Source: Microthyrium microscopicum (lineage: Eukaryota). From it: a stretch of 64,000 bases of DNA. The position numbers and the translations under genes are program-made. The stretch covers positions 384,576 to 448,575 of the forward strand of contig MU004236.1 in assembly GCA_010405405.1 (NCBI GenBank), given 5' to 3'. The notes under the pieces were generated by a model. It was not told the origin of the DNA and ran no database searches. It saw only the letters and a list, made by a program, of their open reading frames with translations. Below are positions 59,486 to 64,000 of this stretch, piece after piece. Every line of letters begins with the position of its first letter. Within the stretch, counting starts at the first letter, position 1.

Positions 59486-60577
59486 TCATGTAGCGGAGCA
59501 TTGCCCGTTACATAGTTGCGCGCCTATAACGCCCTGCTCAGGAATGGAGCTAATAGGTCTTGGGCCAAAGAGATGTGAGTTTTGCTGATATGATGATTCC
59601 CTCCTTTGATCCATGTCTATGGCCTCCCCGACGGGAGGTGTTCTGGTGGGTCGGTAGCTATATTTTACAACCCCTTCAGGTGTTTTGATTCGCATGTTTC
59701 GGGGCGCCATGATAGGTGGAGGAGTCGATATTGTTGGACTCATTGGTTCACCCAGAGTCGGTTCAAAATCCCGAATTGATACTATTCGGTATTCAAGGGA
59801 TTGGCGAGATAATGCTGTACGCTCGGTATCCCGCGAGGAGCGTTTTCGAAGAAGTGCGGATGGCTGGAAATTTCGAATGGTGATGCGCTTGTCCTCCTCG
59901 GTCATTCTTTGGAGCAGATACTCAAACATCTCTAGCATGGAGGCCATGATGATGAAGACGACTGCGACCCAATGTAAGGGTATTGCGATACCAGTGCTAG
60001 CGCGTGGATCGTTAACTTGAGATAATCGGTCCGAGGTAATAGATACACCGGAAACACACAAAAAGGCCCAGGATATAGTCAAAAGCATGGTAGGGTAGCC
60101 ATTGTGATGCCTCCTTCCTCCAAAGAACGGTGGTAGAGACACAAAAGCTAGGCCGGCGCATCCAAGTGCAAGTCCATGAAAAATCAATGGGACTTTTCTG
60201 TATGTTGCTGCTGCTTCGAAGACTTGTCGTAGTTTTGGGTCCTTGGAAATCGTAATGTTCATGCGCTGACCTGTATCATGATCATAATTTCCAGCATTCA
60301 CGCATAGAAAGTGCAGCGAGACCCAGTCAAATTGACCAAGCGCCCTCAGCTCATGGGATGCATTGTTGGGGACCGGGATCTAGTACGAAATAAGCAGCTA
60401 TTTCTTGAACAAAAAGCTTGACAAAGCTTGGCAAAAGCTTACTATTGAGAAGGCTGCATTCTGCAGATAGTTTTGCTGCGTTCCAGCCGTCAACAACAGC
60501 AGTGTAATGACGAGCCCGACAAAAGTCAACGCCGAGGCGAGGAGGACGCGAACCTGGCTGACTTCTTCTGCTCGCAT
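59486..60577 (-). CDS. SUR7/PalI-like four-TM membrane protein (divergent)
   Basis: Intron 60380-60442 joins an exon encoding the first TM (LLASALTFVGLVITLLLTAG) to DWVSLHFLCVNAG and three further hydrophobic segments. Confidence 0.7.
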
Positions 60578-61324
60578 AGTGATGGCATATTGGTAATACT
60601 GATAATAAAGATAGACGATGGGCTTTCCCTTGGCAGATGCAAGTGTCTATGCACTCTTGGAGGTTGCGGTATTACGTGTGATTGGTGAATGTTGAAGGCT
60701 TGGAGCAAGGAGATGGTTTACCTTGATGAGCTTCAAGTCCGCGATGGCTGAAAGATGCGGGGAGATGGAAACATTATCTCTTTCCGTGTGGGAAAGTGTC
60801 CAGGTGAAGAACACTTGCTGGTCCGCTAGACAGGCGGCAACGGTAGACTTGGTGGAGATGGGACCATCTACGGGTGAAATGCCCGGGACTGACAGTCCGA
60901 CTGGCGATGACCCAGAGTTTCCATCGCGTGGAAATAAAACAAAACGACGCGCAACTGTTCGCCATTAGGCGCCATAAATGGATTGCGTGAGCTGCTAGTT
61001 GCAGCTGTCAATGACAAAGAACCCCTGTGATAGGATATGCTCATTTAGCGTGGCGTGCGTGCATTTTGGTTGAAAAGATTCTCGAGACTCAAGACTCAAG
61101 AGGCAACGTCGATCAGGAGGATGTTGTCGGTTGGAAGGATGGAGTTGAGGTTGGTGGAGCAGTAGTTAGTTGTTAGCAACAAACCTAATTTTGGATTTTT
61201 ATATCTTGGCTCGCTTGGCATTTTGGTCCAACTGATATGCGTCTGAGATAAAGTTTGACAAGAACTAAGAGGAGCTGGAGTGGCTAGCCTCTCACCGCAG
61301 GTTCCGAATAACCTTAGCACCTTA

Positions 61325-61471
61325 CTGTTTTTACCCTTTCAGTTGGGATAGGTTAGCGCGGTTCTTTAGGCGAGGTTTGTCCGTGAGCGACAGCGAGTCC
61401 CTGGCTAAATTCACAGCGCCACCAGCAAGAAAAAGCGCGCTAACCTATCCCAACTGAAAGGGTAAAAACGG
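61325..61471. mobile_element. MITE C, 147 bp, TA TSD
   Basis: 36-bp TIRs (61325-61360 / 61436-61471, one C/T mismatch), with TA at 61323-61324 and 61472-61473. Confidence 0.88.
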
Positions 61472-61864
61472 TACTGGTAGGCGATCATGCATGGTCTCCC
61501 TTCATGTTGAAAAGGAAAAAGCAAAAGCGGGACTGGTCATCGCATTCGCAGGGGACAGCGTGGAGAGGCTCCCCATCATCTCCACGTCCAGGACTACTTG
61601 ATATTGGTGACAAGATTGTATCTGTTGGCCCTTTGAATATACTTCTTGACTGTCAATGTACTTCTTGGCTGTTGAATGTACTTGTTGGCTGTTAAGCTGT
61701 TGACATTCGAATCTTGTCAATCGGTCTTCTCGAACTCCAAGACCGCAGTACTGGCAGTCTCAAACACCGGCATTTGAGACATTAAATATTGTCAATTGGG
61801 TATCTCAAATCGCAATCCCAAAATCCAAGCGCCATACAATGCTAATATCAAATGCTTAAATCGC

Positions 61865-64000
61865 TTATTTCACTTTGCTCATCACAGTCTCCTCGCCTCT
61901 CACCACTTCCATCTCAGCAGCACGCGCCTTGACTCCATTCAACATGCTCCTTTCATAGTCATCACGACTCTTGAGCACCGCCTCGACCCAGCTCATACCA
62001 ACATCCCAATACCGCTCCTTGAAGGCCTGGTATGCATTGGGGATATTAGCCTTTTCCTCGGCAACCAGGTCAACCATGCCTTCGATAACTCGCCATTCAT
62101 CTCTGATAACATCAAAAGTCGTGAACTGCGAGAAAAAGTCAAAGACTGTGCTAATGTCGTCCCGGAACTTCTCGTTGAATGGGTCGGATCGTCGAAACTT
62201 GACGCCTTTGTTTCGGACGCAGCCTAGATAGGCTACGAGCATACGGGTGGATAGTTCGGTCGCTAGAATGTCGTGAAGCGAAGGATGGAGAACGCTTCTG
62301 TAGTCGTTGAGGTAGTCTTCGAATGTGGTCATGGCTTGTTTCATTCCGAGTTTGGTATACCAAGTTGGAGTAAAGAACTCTGCCAGTAGAATTTTAAAGT
62401 CAATGGCGAAGATAAGTTGGGAGAAGACGCCCAAGCAATGGGTACTCAAATCAACATAGCCATCTTTGAGCGCCTCGAGCTGAGTAATTGACTTGGTCCA
62501 ATATCCATCTGAGACGTACTGCTGCACATCCTGAGAGAATCGGGTCAGATATCCTAATCCACCTTCCGCATCGTCATCTATGCAGGCAATCTGGTCATTG
62601 GCAATAGCAATGAGCCAGTCTTGGAAACCTTGGTACCCTCCGTCTTGTGATGCGTTGGCATCTTGATAATTGGCCAGGTCTTGATCAATCAGTTTCTCCC
62701 ACATACGCTGTCTGTTCTGAAGGGCACGGAACATGGCATCCACAACACCTTCAACAATGTCTTCTCGGTCGCTCGAGCGAGCGACCTCCAGCTGTTGTGC
62801 CAACATACGCCACATATCAGCCATGGTCTTGGTGCGAAAGCGTTCGTATTCATCCTGATCCAGTGCGTTCTCTTCGCGACTTTGAAAAGATATTGTGTCA
62901 GTTCTTGCCATGCGGTCCATCCATTCATCCACAGCTTTGATGATGAGCTGCCGGTACTCGCGAATAAGCTCTCCAGCTCGATCATCAATCAAATGTGGAA
63001 CCTGCCAGTCTGTGGAAAGACCCAGTTTCTTCGTCTTTTCGTAGTAGTTGTCTGACCAATTCACAATAGAAAGCATTTGTGGAGGTCTCAACTCGGGATC
63101 ATCGATGAGTTGAATCAGCCAGTCGTGCATCATCCTATGATAAATGACGGCGTATGTTTGAAAAATCTTCCACTTCTTTGGCATCAAACTCGTCATGCCT
63201 AGTTTGACGGTATTGAGGTCATTAAACCACCACCTCAGAATCTTGAAGAGGTTATCTGGGCTTTCTTGAAAAGCGTTGGTCGTCTCCTCCCAATATGGCT
63301 CGGCATGGAGTTCTATACACTTCAAAAACTTTTCTTTGTATCCTCGTACTCCTTTCTGATTTGTTGTTATGCTTTCGAAACGTCCAGCGAGGTCCCTGTA
63401 CTCTTGTCGCGCGTCTTGAAGAGCCCTTGCTTTCTTGTCACTCTTTTCCTCTTCTTCAATGATAAGGGCAAGCCGAACCACCAGACCTGGGTTGTCTTCC
63501 ACGCAGCCAATCAAGTTCATACAAGTCACTCCAATGTGGTCGTCGAATCTGTCCACGGTTTGATCCAATCTGCCAAAGTATTCTTGAACCGTTGCGCCTG
63601 TAGCCAGCCGCAGGTTGTTGATAAGTTCTTCTGCAGATTCTCCCGCTCGCGAGACCTGATCCATCGCCGAGTCCTTTACATCCCGTAGTTTTGTGAGCTC
63701 ATGATGGATCGCGAGTAAGTTTGGCTGATTCTCCATATCCTGATCGTCCTCATCAAGCAGTCGCTCAATAACATCCAGCCTCTGATCAAACTCCTCCACA
63801 TCTTTACGCATGTTCTCCACTAATGAAAAGTTGCGATGTGTTGTTGACACCAAGTTTATATGCGGGAAATCGGTAATGAGCGTCTGGGCTTCGGCGCAGA
63901 GTTTGTCGATTTTCTGAAGCTCCGTCTTGATGAGTTCCACGGTTCGTTGGCCATCAGATATGGAGGTCATGCCCGCTTGAGTGACATTTAATTGTTCTTC
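61865..64000 (-). CDS. SEC6: Exocyst complex component Sec6 (5' end lies outside the window)
   Basis: Frame is open to the window edge (EEQLNVTQAGMTS). Helical protein with PNLLAIH, LVVRLALIIEEEE, WLIAIANDQI, TFEDY and terminal ETVMSKVK typical of fungal Sec6. Confidence 0.9.
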   Translation of the reverse strand, partial: EEQLNVTQAGMTSISDGQRTVELIKTELQKIDKLCAEAQTLITDFPHINLVSTTHRNFSLVENMRKDVEEFDQRLDVIERLLDEDDQDMENQPNLLAIHHELTKLRDVKDSAMDQVSRAGESAEELINNLRLATGATVQEYFGRLDQTVDRFDDHIGVTCMNLIGCVEDNPGLVVRLALIIEEEEKSDKKARALQDARQEYRDLAGRFESITTNQKGVRGYKEKFLKCIELHAEPYWEETTNAFQESPDNLFKILRWWFNDLNTVKLGMTSLMPKKWKIFQTYAVIYHRMMHDWLIQLIDDPELRPPQMLSIVNWSDNYYEKTKKLGLSTDWQVPHLIDDRAGELIREYRQLIIKAVDEWMDRMARTDTISFQSREENALDQDEYERFRTKTMADMWRMLAQQLEVARSSDREDIVEGVVDAMFRALQNRQRMWEKLIDQDLANYQDANASQDGGYQGFQDWLIAIANDQIACIDDDAEGGLGYLTRFSQDVQQYVSDGYWTKSITQLEALKDGYVDLSTHCLGVFSQLIFAIDFKILLAEFFTPTWYTKLGMKQAMTTFEDYLNDYRSVLHPSLHDILATELSTRMLVAYLGCVRNKGVKFRRSDPFNEKFRDDISTVFDFFSQFTTFDVIRDEWRVIEGMVDLVAEEKANIPNAYQAFKERYWDVGMSWVEAVLKSRDDYERSMLNGVKARAAEMEVVRGEETVMSKVK

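Noticed and set aside
60411..60442. Three AAGCTT repeats in the SUR7-like intron
   Set aside because: Short slippage repeat with no sign of function or cloning artefact.

Overview
Filamentous-ascomycete (Pezizomycotina) genomic DNA with short GT-AG introns (mostly 45-65 nt, CTRAY branch points); the species cannot be determined from sequence alone. About 22 protein-coding genes can be reconstructed by hand. They include a fungal P2C (Na,K/H,K-type, ACU-like) ATPase, a PLAC8 protein, a sulfotransferase-like P-loop protein, GH1 beta-glucosidase, a bZIP factor, a 2OG-Fe(II) dioxygenase, an AIF/AMID-like oxidoreductase, a Pro-rich secreted protein, an I9 protease inhibitor missed by the ORF track, a PDK/BCKDK kinase, SRP68, GH20 hexosaminidase, an F-box protein, a cytochrome-less CDH-like AA3 flavoprotein, ARH1, a TDG/MUG glycosylase, an Msp1-like AAA ATPase, a SUR7/PalI-like protein and the 3' part of SEC6. 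A gene-poor 8-kb gap (12.7-20.9 kb) holds four non-autonomous mobile elements: an 849-bp TRIM-like mini LTR element (identical 147-bp LTRs, 4-bp TSD, PBS-like site), two back-to-back TA-flanked MITEs, and an 830-bp Mutator-like element with a 9-bp TSD and RIP-like interior. A fifth 147-bp MITE lies at 61.3 kb. The best novelty candidates are the TRIM-like element and an uncharacterised N-anchored protein carrying UIM-like and AIM/LIR-like motifs (possible selective-autophagy receptor). All family calls come from motif recognition; no database searches were run.
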